Shown here one piece after another: positions 53,115 through 61,352 of a stretch of 63,790 nt of DNA; position 1 is the first letter of the stretch; each line of letters starts with the position of its first letter. The notes beneath the pieces are model-generated. The model did no database searches and was not told the origin of the DNA. It saw only the letters and a list, made by a program, of their open reading frames with translations. The DNA comes from a virus (Duplodnaviria; Caudoviricetes): IMG/VR virus record IMGVR_UViG_3300047546_000805, positions 1 through 63,790 of that record, one strand, 5' to 3'. The translations under genes were made by a program, and so were the position numbers.

Positions 53115-55035
53115 CATCGACTAGTTCACACTGGCCGCTTACGCAGGCTAGTTCCTGTGCTCCGCTCGTGGTGTCCTCTGTCTCGTATACAGACAGGAGA
53201 GACCAGTCGATGTGGCTTGGCATCTTCGCTACCAGGGCGTCGTACTTGTCCTTGTCGATAGCCTGGTAAGGTGCTTGTGGATAAACGTGATCATCAAATG
53301 GTAGGAACGAGATTCCGGACACGATGTCCCAATTCTTGTAAACCCAGTCAGCGACCTCGATCCACTCTTCGTCACGGACATTTACTGTGATGCTTGGGTT
53401 GTGCTCTGTCCAGTGCTGCTTGTATACCTTCCAGATTTCCAGGTGGTCGATAGCGGATAGGTCGTCTCTGGTGATAGCACCGGGAGGGGCGGCGATTGGG
53501 AACGAGAACACGGTTGTAGTTCCAGGCTTGTTGATGTCTGGCTCATGAGGAATACCCATATCCTTCATGAATTGCGTCATTGGATCCTTGTTATCCGCCC
53601 GAACCGTACGAATGTAGTATTCGCTCCACCAAGGGTGCATCCCGCTGGATACACCGGCCAATTGGCTGACTGTTCCAGATGGCTTTACTGTGGTAATGGC
53701 AACGGACTGGTTGATCCCAAATGTCTTCGCCCAGCGCTCGTTACTTGAAACAGCATACTCACGAAGATCGTCAAGCCAGGCGGCTGTTGTTTCCAGTCCG
53801 TTTGATCCGGAAAGGGTCGGGTGGCCGAACTGACCAGTCAGGCTCACACCCAATAGGCGTTCCTCTTCACAGTTACGCTTCCAGACATTACGAAGGTACT
53901 TGAAATTGGTGAAGGTTGACTGCAACGTACCAAGAAACACCGTAGCCTCTACCTTTTTACGTAGGCGCTCAAGGTCGTCACCATAGCGAACAACGATCTC
54001 TGTCAAATTACAGAATTCGTATGCTCGTAGGTTGATTTCTCCACAGGGGTTGGTTCCAGCAATTTGGCTGGCGTCGCGGCGACCGTGGCGCTTTGCTTCC
54101 TTGCGTACAGTTTCTAGGTTGAAGATGCCGCGCTCGCCAGACTTCGAGGCGACGAGTGACTGCCACTCTTTGAGGAATCTCTCTGCCGAAGGCTTGTCGT
54201 TATACACGGCTGAATTATTGGCTAGGACTCGTTGTGGCTCTACCGCCCAAAAGTTACCCATCTTGGCAGTCTGCATATCGTAATCGTCAAGGTCGGATAG
54301 GGAAATGAGAGCAGACCTGCGGACACCACCAACGACTACTACGTCCCCGATCTTGCACATAAGGTCGTGAGCCTCAATTGGGCGTAGTTGTCTACCTGCC
54401 GCCCCCTTGAATGTCTTGATGGCAAAGTCGAATAGATCAACTAGGGGCTGTGGGCCAGAGGCTCTACCGCCGAAGGTCTTTAGGCGGGCTCCTGCTGGGC
54501 GAACGTTAGTGATGTCGATTGATGGAATCTGGCCCTGCCATAGCAGCGCTAGTAATTCCTTGAGGGCCTTCGCCCATCCGTACTTGCTGTCCTCGACTAC
54601 AATAACCGTACTGGACTTGTGGAATGACTCAGCGACCTGAGGCAACTTGTCAACGTACTTGCCCTCAACAGAGAACCCTACTCCGGTGCCGCACATAAGA
54701 ATGTACATAGCCTCATCGAAAGAGCGGGGCGAGTCAACAGGGATGAATGAGCAGTTGTATCCTGCTACATGGTCGCGGCTGAGGGCTGGTCCTGCGGTCA
54801 TGGTTGCGCGCATGGAGCCTAGGGCTTCTCTATCAAAAAGTAGTTCACGTAGTTCTGCGCGCATGGCATCATCTACGACAACCCCATATTTATCTTTGGC
54901 GTACCCTAGCATATAATCAAGGTAGCGGTCTACTGTCTCGCCCCACGTTTCTCTGCGACCTTCGTCTTCGATCCACCGTGCGTATCTGCTCAGAGCAATA
55001 AAGTTCTCGTAGTAGTTGTCAATGCTTTGCTTCAT
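53098..55035 (-). CDS. nrdJ: Class II (adenosylcobalamin-dependent) ribonucleotide reductase
   Basis: YNCSF, LMCGTGVGFSV, VVVGGVRRSA, TNPCGEI, CNLTE, TVKPSGTVS, EHNPS, C-terminal ACVSGQC; no small subunit nearby. Confidence 0.92.
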   Translation of the reverse strand: MKQSIDNYYENFIALSRYARWIEDEGRRETWGETVDRYLDYMLGYAKDKYGVVVDDAMRAELRELLFDREALGSMRATMTAGPALSRDHVAGYNCSFIPVDSPRSFDEAMYILMCGTGVGFSVEGKYVDKLPQVAESFHKSSTVIVVEDSKYGWAKALKELLALLWQGQIPSIDITNVRPAGARLKTFGGRASGPQPLVDLFDFAIKTFKGAAGRQLRPIEAHDLMCKIGDVVVVGGVRRSALISLSDLDDYDMQTAKMGNFWAVEPQRVLANNSAVYNDKPSAERFLKEWQSLVASKSGERGIFNLETVRKEAKRHGRRDASQIAGTNPCGEINLRAYEFCNLTEIVVRYGDDLERLRKKVEATVFLGTLQSTFTNFKYLRNVWKRNCEEERLLGVSLTGQFGHPTLSGSNGLETTAAWLDDLREYAVSSNERWAKTFGINQSVAITTVKPSGTVSQLAGVSSGMHPWWSEYYIRTVRADNKDPMTQFMKDMGIPHEPDINKPGTTTVFSFPIAAPPGAITRDDLSAIDHLEIWKVYKQHWTEHNPSITVNVRDEEWIEVADWVYKNWDIVSGISFLPFDDHVYPQAPYQAIDKDKYDALVAKMPSHIDWSLLSVYETEDTTSGAQELACVSGQCELVDVASSS

Positions 55036-55123
55036 AAAAAGGGTCTCCTCCGGCGGGGCTCACCGGCCCCTATCTGATGTGTAGAGTTCTACTCTACCAC
55101 GTTCCAGTTATGGGGCGGCGACT

Positions 55124-56107
55124 TCAAGAGAACTTTTCTACTATATGTGCGAATGCTTTTTCTGTTCTGTTCAACCAGTTGTATTCGGCACGAAATGTCT
55201 CTGCCTGATCGTAGAAGTCGTCCGATAGTCGTTCGAATTCGTTGTATGCCTTTAGCATCTGCTCGCGCAGCGAATCCTCTTCTGGCATATACACATTTCC
55301 AGGGTGCATGGCCTGCCACGGAGAGTAGACCGGAATGGAACTTACGCCAAGATCACGAACATAGTCACGGTACGGAGCCCAGACAGTAGTAGAGATTGTT
55401 GGCATACCAGTTGCGATGGCCTGGGCCGGGATAAAACCAAAGCCCTCTCCCCAGGATGGATAGATAAGAACATGACTGGTGTGATACAGGCTCAGCATTT
55501 CCTCTGTGCTGAATTCCCTGCTGATCAACTTTACATTAGGTAGTTTGTCTGGGGTACAGATGATCGATCCGTACTTGTCGTATACGCGCGTAGTGTTGAT
55601 GTTGTGAGCCTTCATGATCAACTCTACATCCTTGGAGTGCCCGAACAATTCAACAAAGGCGTCTAGGACCATTTGTCCAGACTTGCGTGGGGCTGGCTCC
55701 CCGATGTGAAGGAAGCGCAATTTGTCTCGCCGCTTGCGCTTTTTAGGCGTCCAGATTTCATCTACACCGTGTTCGTAAATATAGAGCGGCTTTGTTACCC
55801 CGGCCTTTTTGTAAACGTCGGCAACCCAGTCACTCGTGGCCCACACCTCGTCGCACTGCTCCATGTGTTCAAGCCACATTTCTGGAAGTTCTGTAGATTC
55901 CCACGGTGTGTAGCCGATCTTGTACTGGTGATCGTAAAAGCCGTAGTATTCCGGCTGGACAAAACTCAACTGGACTGGAGCGGTGTCGTCATCAAAGGGC
56001 ACCTCGTGTCCGAGTGCCACCAGCGACTTACAGATGTTATACCCGGCCACACCGTAACCGACAGTCGTGTTCAGGTTACCTAGGTCCGTATGGTACGATA
56101 TACGCAA
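55124..56107 (-). CDS. Glycosyltransferase (GT-B fold, GT4-like)
   Basis: GYTPWEST...CDEVWATS...HGVD...RKS...YPSWGEGFGFIPAQAIATGMPTI. Confidence 0.9.
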   Translation of the reverse strand: MRISYHTDLGNLNTTVGYGVAGYNICKSLVALGHEVPFDDDTAPVQLSFVQPEYYGFYDHQYKIGYTPWESTELPEMWLEHMEQCDEVWATSDWVADVYKKAGVTKPLYIYEHGVDEIWTPKKRKRRDKLRFLHIGEPAPRKSGQMVLDAFVELFGHSKDVELIMKAHNINTTRVYDKYGSIICTPDKLPNVKLISREFSTEEMLSLYHTSHVLIYPSWGEGFGFIPAQAIATGMPTISTTVWAPYRDYVRDLGVSSIPVYSPWQAMHPGNVYMPEEDSLREQMLKAYNEFERLSDDFYDQAETFRAEYNWLNRTEKAFAHIVEKFS

Positions 56108-56185
56108 TATATTGCCCTTTGTTAGATATTGTAGATATTTCTTATACTCTACATATCTCTCATATCTTTCTCTAGTATAAAGAAC

Positions 56186-56214
56186 ATCGTACAGCAGGTT
56201 CGCCTCTGACGCAA
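56186..56214 (-). promoter_or_regulatory. Leftward promoter of the divergent region
   Basis: TTGCGT-N17-TACGAT. Confidence 0.55.
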
Positions 56215-56221
56215 CTGACGG

Positions 56222-56260
56222 AAAAGTAACACAACTAGCGCCCAGATTTATGTTACTTTT
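56222..56260. repeat. Inverted repeat between the divergent promoters
   Basis: AAAAGTAACA-N19-TGTTACTTTT, nested within TGACGGA...TCCGTCA. Confidence 0.6.
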
Positions 56261-56285
56261 GACTGATCAGTGACCTCCGTCACCT

Positions 56286-56314
56286 CTAGACAACCTAAAG
56301 TTCATGTGCTAGAC
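56286..56314 (+). promoter_or_regulatory. Rightward promoter of the divergent region
   Basis: TAGACA-N17-TAGACT with TG extension, then GGAGG and ATG at 56346. Confidence 0.65.
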
Positions 56315-56345
56315 TAGTCAGGTTGTTTCCGCCACGGAGGTCAAC

Positions 56346-56906
56346 ATGACGACAGAAACCAAAAGGGTTTTTACCCTGGGATTCATCGGTGGAGTTATCG
56401 GCTCCCTTTTAATGAGTCTCGTCCTGTGTATAACGGGACAGGGCACTAACCCTCAGGCTTATACTAAGTCTGAAACTCCGAAGGCGGCGCAGAGCGTCAC
56501 TGAGCCTTCACTCAAAGTGGCATCACAAGTAAATAACGTGGCACTCAAAAAGAAGCCAGAAAGTAAGCCACTGCGGGCGGTCAAGAAAAAGGCCACCCGT
56601 TCGGCTTCCAGAGAGTACCGGGGTAAATACTATAACCCACGATGGGAGAGTGTGCGAAAGTGCATTGTCCAGAGGGAATCCGGCGGTAATTACCAGGCCA
56701 AAAACAAATGGTCTACTGCTGCTGGGGCCTATCAGTTTATTCTCGGCACATCAAATGCCGTAGCAAGGATGATGGGCAGAGGCGATCTAGTAGGAACATC
56801 TGCTAGGTACTGGTCCAAGTTCGATCAAGACCGGGCCTTTTGGACTCTCTTTAATCATGGCAGAGGCAAGTATCACTGGAACTACCCACCTAAACAGTGT
56901 TGGTGA
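56346..56906 (+). CDS. Membrane-anchored or secreted Rpf-like lytic transglycosylase
   Basis: N-terminal hydrophobic helix; CIVQRESGGNY...AAGAYQF...QD...HW..C. Confidence 0.75.
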   Translation: MTTETKRVFTLGFIGGVIGSLLMSLVLCITGQGTNPQAYTKSETPKAAQSVTEPSLKVASQVNNVALKKKPESKPLRAVKKKATRSASREYRGKYYNPRWESVRKCIVQRESGGNYQAKNKWSTAAGAYQFILGTSNAVARMMGRGDLVGTSARYWSKFDQDRAFWTLFNHGRGKYHWNYPPKQCW

Positions 56907-56918
56907 TATAATGGGTCT

Positions 56919-57155
56919 ATGCTGGCCCAAGTTGTTAATGCCTACCTAGAAAAGATGGACGAGGGGCGGGTTCCCTATATAAAATGCGGAAACGACGCTG
57001 ATCATACCCGCCCCTTTGTCCGTCTTGACACAGACGACGAGCCCATGCTATTCTGTTTGGCGTGCGACTGGACCATGACCATTGGTGCTGGTGCCTACGC
57101 TGAGATGAAAAGATGTCTGTCGATCTTCGACATTGGATGGTTGGAAGTTGATTGA
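56919..57155 (+). CDS. Small zinc-binding protein, leaderless
   Basis: C-x4-H...CxxC; TGA-TATAAT lies 6 nt before the ATG. Confidence 0.65.
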   Translation: MLAQVVNAYLEKMDEGRVPYIKCGNDADHTRPFVRLDTDDEPMLFCLACDWTMTIGAGAYAEMKRCLSIFDIGWLEVD

Positions 57156-57260
57156 TCGCGTACTTGACTATATCAACCTCGCTCGTGTAGTCCTTGTCAC
57201 TTTGTACAAGGATATCTTTATCGACATAGTTATTCAGAAACTTTTTAAGGGGATTCAACC

Positions 57261-57701
57261 TTGACGCTTATTGAGCAGCGCGGAGATCTTATGGATTTCT
57301 GGCGCGAGGGTAATCTTATTGGCATTACCACCAACGGCTTTGTAAAGAAAAACGGGCGGGCGGTGATGGGTGCGGGGATCGCTAAGACCATTCGTGATGC
57401 CTGCCCCGACCTAGACCTAGAACTAGGTGCTCGCCTGCGCGCCCACGGAAACATCCCCATGATCTTCCCAGATCACAACATATTCACTTTTCCGGTGAAG
57501 CATAACTGGTGGGAAGACGCCGACATAGACCTTATTGCTGAGTCCGCTCAGTATATTCATGACCGCTTTGCTGAGAGTGGCAAACACCGCATCGACTTCC
57601 CACGCCCCGGCTGTGGAAACGGTAAACTGGACTGGGCTGACGTAAAGCCAGTTCTAGAAGAAATCTTTGTAACCAATCCGACCTACGTTTGGACGTTCTA
57701 G
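57261..57701 (+). CDS. Macrodomain ADP-ribosylhydrolase (DarG/TARG1-like)
   Basis: GDL, TTN...VMGAGIA, FTFPVKHNW, PRPGCGNGKLDW..V. Confidence 0.8.
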   Translation: MTLIEQRGDLMDFWREGNLIGITTNGFVKKNGRAVMGAGIAKTIRDACPDLDLELGARLRAHGNIPMIFPDHNIFTFPVKHNWWEDADIDLIAESAQYIHDRFAESGKHRIDFPRPGCGNGKLDWADVKPVLEEIFVTNPTYVWTF

Positions 57702-58399
57702 TGACGAAAGTTTTAGACAAGGGCTACGTGCGCCTTGATGATGTTATGGGCGATGATCTTTCTGTGGTTAACGCCGCCCGCGTCTCGTATGATAAGCAGT
57801 CATATGACTTTTCAGAGAATGACGAGCGTCTACTGAATTTCCTGCTTCGTGAGGGCCACACCTCGCCACTCCGTCACGCCGCCATGACTTTTGAGATCTA
57901 CGCCCCTCTTCTGGTAGCGAGGCAGTGGTGGAAGTATGCTGTGGCCTCGTCTCATATCGATGATCAGAACGGGTGGAACGAGTCCAGTCGTAGGTATATC
58001 ACCGAGGATGAGCAGTTTTACATTCCTGACGCAGACGAGTGGCGACAGGCTCCAGAAAACTCTAAGCAGGGATCTGGTGACCCCGCTAATCCGTGTCTCG
58101 GGCTCATCTTCACACAGGCACTAGAAGAGTATGTTGATAGGGGCCTAACCCTGTACGACAAAGCGCTTGATTCAGGTCTAGCCCCTGAGCAGGCCCGCCT
58201 CTTCCTACCCGCCTATGGAATGTATGTGCGCTGGCGCTGGACAACCAGCCTAGCGGGTGTGCTACACTTCCTATCACAGCGTCTAGAGCATGACGCACAG
58301 TACGAGATTCAGGAGTACGCGCGGGCGGTACAAGAGTACGTCCAACAATACTTCCCTAACACTTGGAGAGCATATGAGAGTAACACTAAGTCTGCCTGA
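57689..58399 (+). CDS. thyX: Flavin-dependent thymidylate synthase
   Basis: VVNAARVSY, GHTSP, ARQWWKY, WNESSRRY, EQARLFLP, R....AQYEI. Confidence 0.93.
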   Translation: MDVLVTKVLDKGYVRLDDVMGDDLSVVNAARVSYDKQSYDFSENDERLLNFLLREGHTSPLRHAAMTFEIYAPLLVARQWWKYAVASSHIDDQNGWNESSRRYITEDEQFYIPDADEWRQAPENSKQGSGDPANPCLGLIFTQALEEYVDRGLTLYDKALDSGLAPEQARLFLPAYGMYVRWRWTTSLAGVLHFLSQRLEHDAQYEIQEYARAVQEYVQQYFPNTWRAYESNTKSA

Positions 58400-58667
58400 G
58401 CGGGCTACAGCAGAAGAACTGATCGAGGAAGCCGCCTTCATGAAGGAAGTGCTGGATACTATTGTAGAGCACGGAGAGGAAATTGTTGTGCATCTAGCAA
58501 TTGACCCTGCGACTGTTGCTGAATCCAGCAAGCCGTGGGACCGCAGCGTTATCAGCATTACGCAAAACAGCAATCGGCGTGGGCAACTTGCACCTGATCT
58601 GTATGCCGTAAGGGAAGAGGATATCCTACTCAAGACAGCAACTCCTAGGATTTACGACTACGAATGA
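58374..58667 (+). CDS. Hypothetical protein
   Basis: GGAG RBS then MRVTLSLPE; coupled to the next gene. Confidence 0.55.
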   Translation: MRVTLSLPERATAEELIEEAAFMKEVLDTIVEHGEEIVVHLAIDPATVAESSKPWDRSVISITQNSNRRGQLAPDLYAVREEDILLKTATPRIYDYE

Positions 58668-58870
58668 TGGAAGAGCGCGAGATAGACGACGTAACCGATC
58701 TGCTAACTGCTATCTATATCCAGCAGTCACGAATGTACGATATACTTGTACGTATGTTGATGTTGCAGGACGAAAAGGTCGCTATTGATATGTTCGAGGC
58801 TCATGCTAGGGGGGAACTCTATGGGCCTCCACCCGCTCTGGTTGGCGAAAATGAACAACCTTCTGAGTAA
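58664..58870 (+). CDS. Conserved small hypothetical protein
   Basis: AIYIQQSRMYD...H..G...GPPP. Confidence 0.65.
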   Translation: MMEEREIDDVTDLLTAIYIQQSRMYDILVRMLMLQDEKVAIDMFEAHARGELYGPPPALVGENEQPSE

Positions 58871-59051
58871 GTTCAGTTTTGACGGTCATTGGTGGCGTTA
58901 TTCCACCCCCGGCATCTCAATAAAAATGTCGCTTGGTGAGGTCTTCTATATCGAAGCCACACAGCATGGTAGGCAGTTCGTATACTGCGACGATAACTAC
59001 GAGAAAACGGTAAACGTCCTTGAAAATCTCATCACCTACGAGTCGATCTGA
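58851..59051 (+). CDS. Hypothetical protein
   Basis: Fills the operon gap. Confidence 0.5.
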   Translation: MNNLLSKFSFDGHWWRYSTPGISIKMSLGEVFYIEATQHGRQFVYCDDNYEKTVNVLENLITYESI

Positions 59052-59301
59052 TACCGCTCAATATCAACGCGATCTGATAGATCTGTATAAGACTACTATC
59101 GGTTGCTCCCATTGTGGGTATAATGAGCATCCTAGGGCATTGCAGTTCGATCACCGCCCCGGGTCCGCAAAGCGGACGAATATAGCGGATATGCCAGGAC
59201 GCTATCCGACACAAACAATATTGCTAGAAATAGTGAAGTGTGACGTGCTGTGCAGCAATTGTCACGCCGTTGAGACGTTCAGGAGACGTAATGATCAGTG
59301 A
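59020..59301 (+). CDS. HNH endonuclease
   Basis: CSHCG..EHPRALQFDH...KCDVLCSNCH. Confidence 0.8.
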   Translation: MKISSPTSRSDTAQYQRDLIDLYKTTIGCSHCGYNEHPRALQFDHRPGSAKRTNIADMPGRYPTQTILLEIVKCDVLCSNCHAVETFRRRNDQ

Positions 59302-59539
59302 AATCAACCTAGATATCGGCCGACCTCATGAGTATATTGCTCAATTGAGGCGGGCGGCAGATGAACTAGAAGCCCAACAGTCTTTGCTAGAAATGCTCGG
59401 TGCGGAAACTTGCCGTGTCGTAGGATTCGTAGATCTAGAAAGCAAGACTATCTATCTGCGCGTCACCGAAGGGGACGGGGCCATAGGAATCAACGTACGA
59501 CCTATTGAGGAGGATTTGGAATGGTTCAGGGGTCTTTGA
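59291..59539 (+). CDS. Hypothetical protein
   Basis: AGGAG RBS then MISEINLD. Confidence 0.55.
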   Translation: MISEINLDIGRPHEYIAQLRRAADELEAQQSLLEMLGAETCRVVGFVDLESKTIYLRVTEGDGAIGINVRPIEEDLEWFRGL

Positions 59540-59745
59540 GCCTATATGATCGGTTAAGCCAGCCAGATGCCTGGACTGCTCCACACGTAGCATGTCGGGG
59601 GCGGTCTAACGCATACGCCGTATCTGATTCAGTTATCTGGATAGATGGGCAGTTCTGGTTCATTCCGTCACTTGCAGGTGTTTGGCAGTATCAGGCGGCA
59701 TATCAGGTAAAGCCAGTGACAAAGATCGGATGGGATCCGGTATGA
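59521..59745 (+). CDS. Hypothetical protein
   Basis: GGAGG RBS; coupled to the next gene. Confidence 0.5.
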   Translation: MVQGSLSLYDRLSQPDAWTAPHVACRGRSNAYAVSDSVIWIDGQFWFIPSLAGVWQYQAAYQVKPVTKIGWDPV

Positions 59746-60038
59746 AAGCAGGACAACGAGTAAAAGTAGAGTTTGAAGGTATACTAGATGAGGTATACGA
59801 AGGACACGTATTTGTAAAAAACACCACGGTTGGGGAGTGCTATAGGAGCCTTGTTCATCCGTCACAATGCACGGTATTGCCCGATCCGGAGCCCGATGTA
59901 GCGATTGCTGATGGAAAGCCTTGGCTGAGGTTTACAAATGGATTTTATTGGTGCGGAGATAATGCCCACGATACATATACATGGCAAGAACTCGTAGACG
60001 AACTCGGGGCGGTACCGGCAAAGGCAGTCCCAGCATGA
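59742..60038 (+). CDS. SH3/KOW-like hypothetical protein
   Basis: MKAGQRVKVEFEG...; ATGA overlaps at both ends. Confidence 0.55.
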   Translation: MKAGQRVKVEFEGILDEVYEGHVFVKNTTVGECYRSLVHPSQCTVLPDPEPDVAIADGKPWLRFTNGFYWCGDNAHDTYTWQELVDELGAVPAKAVPA

Positions 60039-60199
60039 CCACTAATGTCAAAGCAGCACTAGCAACTATGGGTGCGCTATTATTCTTTATACTGTTGTTT
60101 CTCTTCCCAGAAACTGTCGTTGTACTTGCCATGATAACCTTGATAATTTTTAGCATAGCGCTAATATTTGAACTGTTCAGGATAATGTTTGATGGGTAA
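60035..60199 (+). CDS. Small membrane protein
   Basis: Almost entirely hydrophobic, two TM segments. Confidence 0.55.
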   Translation: MTTNVKAALATMGALLFFILLFLFPETVVVLAMITLIIFSIALIFELFRIMFDG

Positions 60200-60356
60200 A
60201 TACAAAGACGGCGATAAGGTTGTCATACAAACCGAAGCAATAGTTGTCAGTGAATCGCCGCTAGATAACGTCATCTATGTCTATGACGTACGTGGTGGAC
60301 AGTCATATCTAATCAATACCAAATATATTGTAGACCATATACCGAGGGAATCATGA
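60192..60356 (+). CDS. Small SH3/KOW-like protein (54 aa)
   Basis: Not in the ORF track: MGKYKDGDKVVIQTEAIVVSESPLDNVIYVYDVRGGQSYLINTKYIVDHIPRES. Confidence 0.55.
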   Translation: MGKYKDGDKVVIQTEAIVVSESPLDNVIYVYDVRGGQSYLINTKYIVDHIPRES

Positions 60357-60502
60357 TATTGCACGCTCAGGGCACAGTGCTCTATACAGACGAAGAGCGA
60401 AACCTAGCATTGTTCGAAGCGGGCGGGTGGAGAGGCTGGGTACCCCTAGAATACATATACAGTAAAGACCTAGATTGGTACGACAAGACAGTATTATGCT
60501 GA
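60353..60502 (+). CDS. Small SH3-like protein (49 aa)
   Basis: Not in the ORF track: MILHAQGTVLYTDEERNLALFEAGGWRGWVPLEYIYSKDLDWYDKTVLC. Confidence 0.5.
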   Translation: MILHAQGTVLYTDEERNLALFEAGGWRGWVPLEYIYSKDLDWYDKTVLC

Positions 60503-60519
60503 ATGACGGAGATACTGGG

Positions 60520-60670
60520 CGGCTTTTGCGAACTTGTAAATTTTAGTAATTTTTCAAATTTCAAAATATGGGACGGTTTCTGGGCGGTTTTTTTTGTACC
60601 ACAGATATTCCGGTTTTTGCGAAAGTGCAATTCTGAGTATTTTTCTCAGAAGAACGATTCAGAAAACCTA
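60520..60670. other. Non-coding A/T-tract region (candidate genome terminus or terminal-repeat boundary)
   Basis: Runs of A and T at short intervals; composition changes to high GC to its right. Confidence 0.45.
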
Positions 60671-60674
60671 GCCC

Positions 60675-60690
60675 GCGAACATGCGTTCGA
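60675..60690. promoter_or_regulatory. LexA (SOS)-box-like site
   Basis: gCGAAC-ATGC-GTTCGA; one mismatch to the actinobacterial consensus TCGAAC-N4-GTTCGA. Confidence 0.5.
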
Positions 60691-60758
60691 ATAGTGCGCA
60701 CATACGTAGGTAACGTTTTGGTCACGGAATCGTGGAGCATGCCCGTAGGCCCCTCCAT

Positions 60759-60780
60759 TGTCAGACCCCTCTGCTATGCT
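60759..60780 (+). promoter_or_regulatory. Cassette promoter 1
   Basis: TGTCAG-N7-TGC-TATGCT. Confidence 0.75.
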
Positions 60781-60808
60781 AAGGGTATCGAAAGAGAGAG
60801 GCAAGACA

Positions 60809-61012
60809 GTGAGTATCAAGATCGAAGCCCGTGAGGTCACCCCCGGTATGGTGATCGACAACCCGTCCGCCTTTGCTGTAAAGGGCGCCTTTGGGCCTCT
60901 GTCCATCACGGTACAGTCAGTGTCTACCGTGGTGCGTACTCGTCGCATCGTAGTCGTTGGTGGGGGTCAGCGTCTCACCCTTGCGCCTAACCGCTCCATC
61001 ACCATCCGATGA
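60809..61012 (+). CDS. Cassette 1 gene a (small beta-barrel-like protein)
   Basis: GAGAGG RBS, GTG start. Confidence 0.7.
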   Translation: MSIKIEAREVTPGMVIDNPSAFAVKGAFGPLSITVQSVSTVVRTRRIVVVGGGQRLTLAPNRSITIR

Positions 61013-61143
61013 AGGTGCGTAAGGTGCGAGGGGATCACCCCTATGTGGCACCGGGCCTCTGGGTTGTTGAGGTTGATGGCCTTATTGTGAATGTCTTTGC
61101 GACTAAGCGACTAGCCGTTGACTGGATGCGCTACCACCGCTGA
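61009..61143 (+). CDS. Cassette 1 gene b (44 aa)
   Basis: ATGA overlap; MKVRKVRGDHPYVAPGLWVVEVDGLIVNVFATKRLAVDWMRYHR. Confidence 0.6.
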   Translation: MKVRKVRGDHPYVAPGLWVVEVDGLIVNVFATKRLAVDWMRYHR

Positions 61144-61210
61144 GATCCCTTCTCCCCCAACGTTTTCCGGCTGTGCTCGAAATCCCTTCTCGCACAAGGG
61201 TTTTCGGGTG

Positions 61211-61232
61211 CGGGGTAAGGTCTTGGCCCGCC
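61211..61232. repeat. Inter-cassette dyad, copy 1
   Basis: CGGGGTAAGGTCTTGGCCCGCC. Confidence 0.8.
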
Positions 61233-61302
61233 ATTTCTAGTTTGTCAAGTCTTAAGAATGTGGGTTACGTCACATGGAAATATGCCTCTAGGGGGTAGCG
61301 GC

Positions 61303-61324
61303 TGTCAGTGGTTCATGCTAGTCT
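61303..61324 (+). promoter_or_regulatory. Cassette promoter 2
   Basis: TGTCAG-N7-TGC-TAGTCT; -35 TAGCGG at 17 bp. Confidence 0.75.
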
Positions 61325-61352
61325 AGGACTACCAACAAAGAGGGAGCACGAA

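Noticed and set aside
55036-55123. Cobalamin riboswitch or NrdR boxes upstream of nrdJ
   Set aside because: The gap is under 90 nt with only short hairpins; no B12 box or convincing NrdR box.
45-56175. Plus-strand ORFs of 60-263 aa in the ORF track (e.g. 35322-36113, 25459-26031, 31707-32309)
   Set aside because: Antisense shadows of well-supported minus-strand genes, with no RBS or recognisable motifs.
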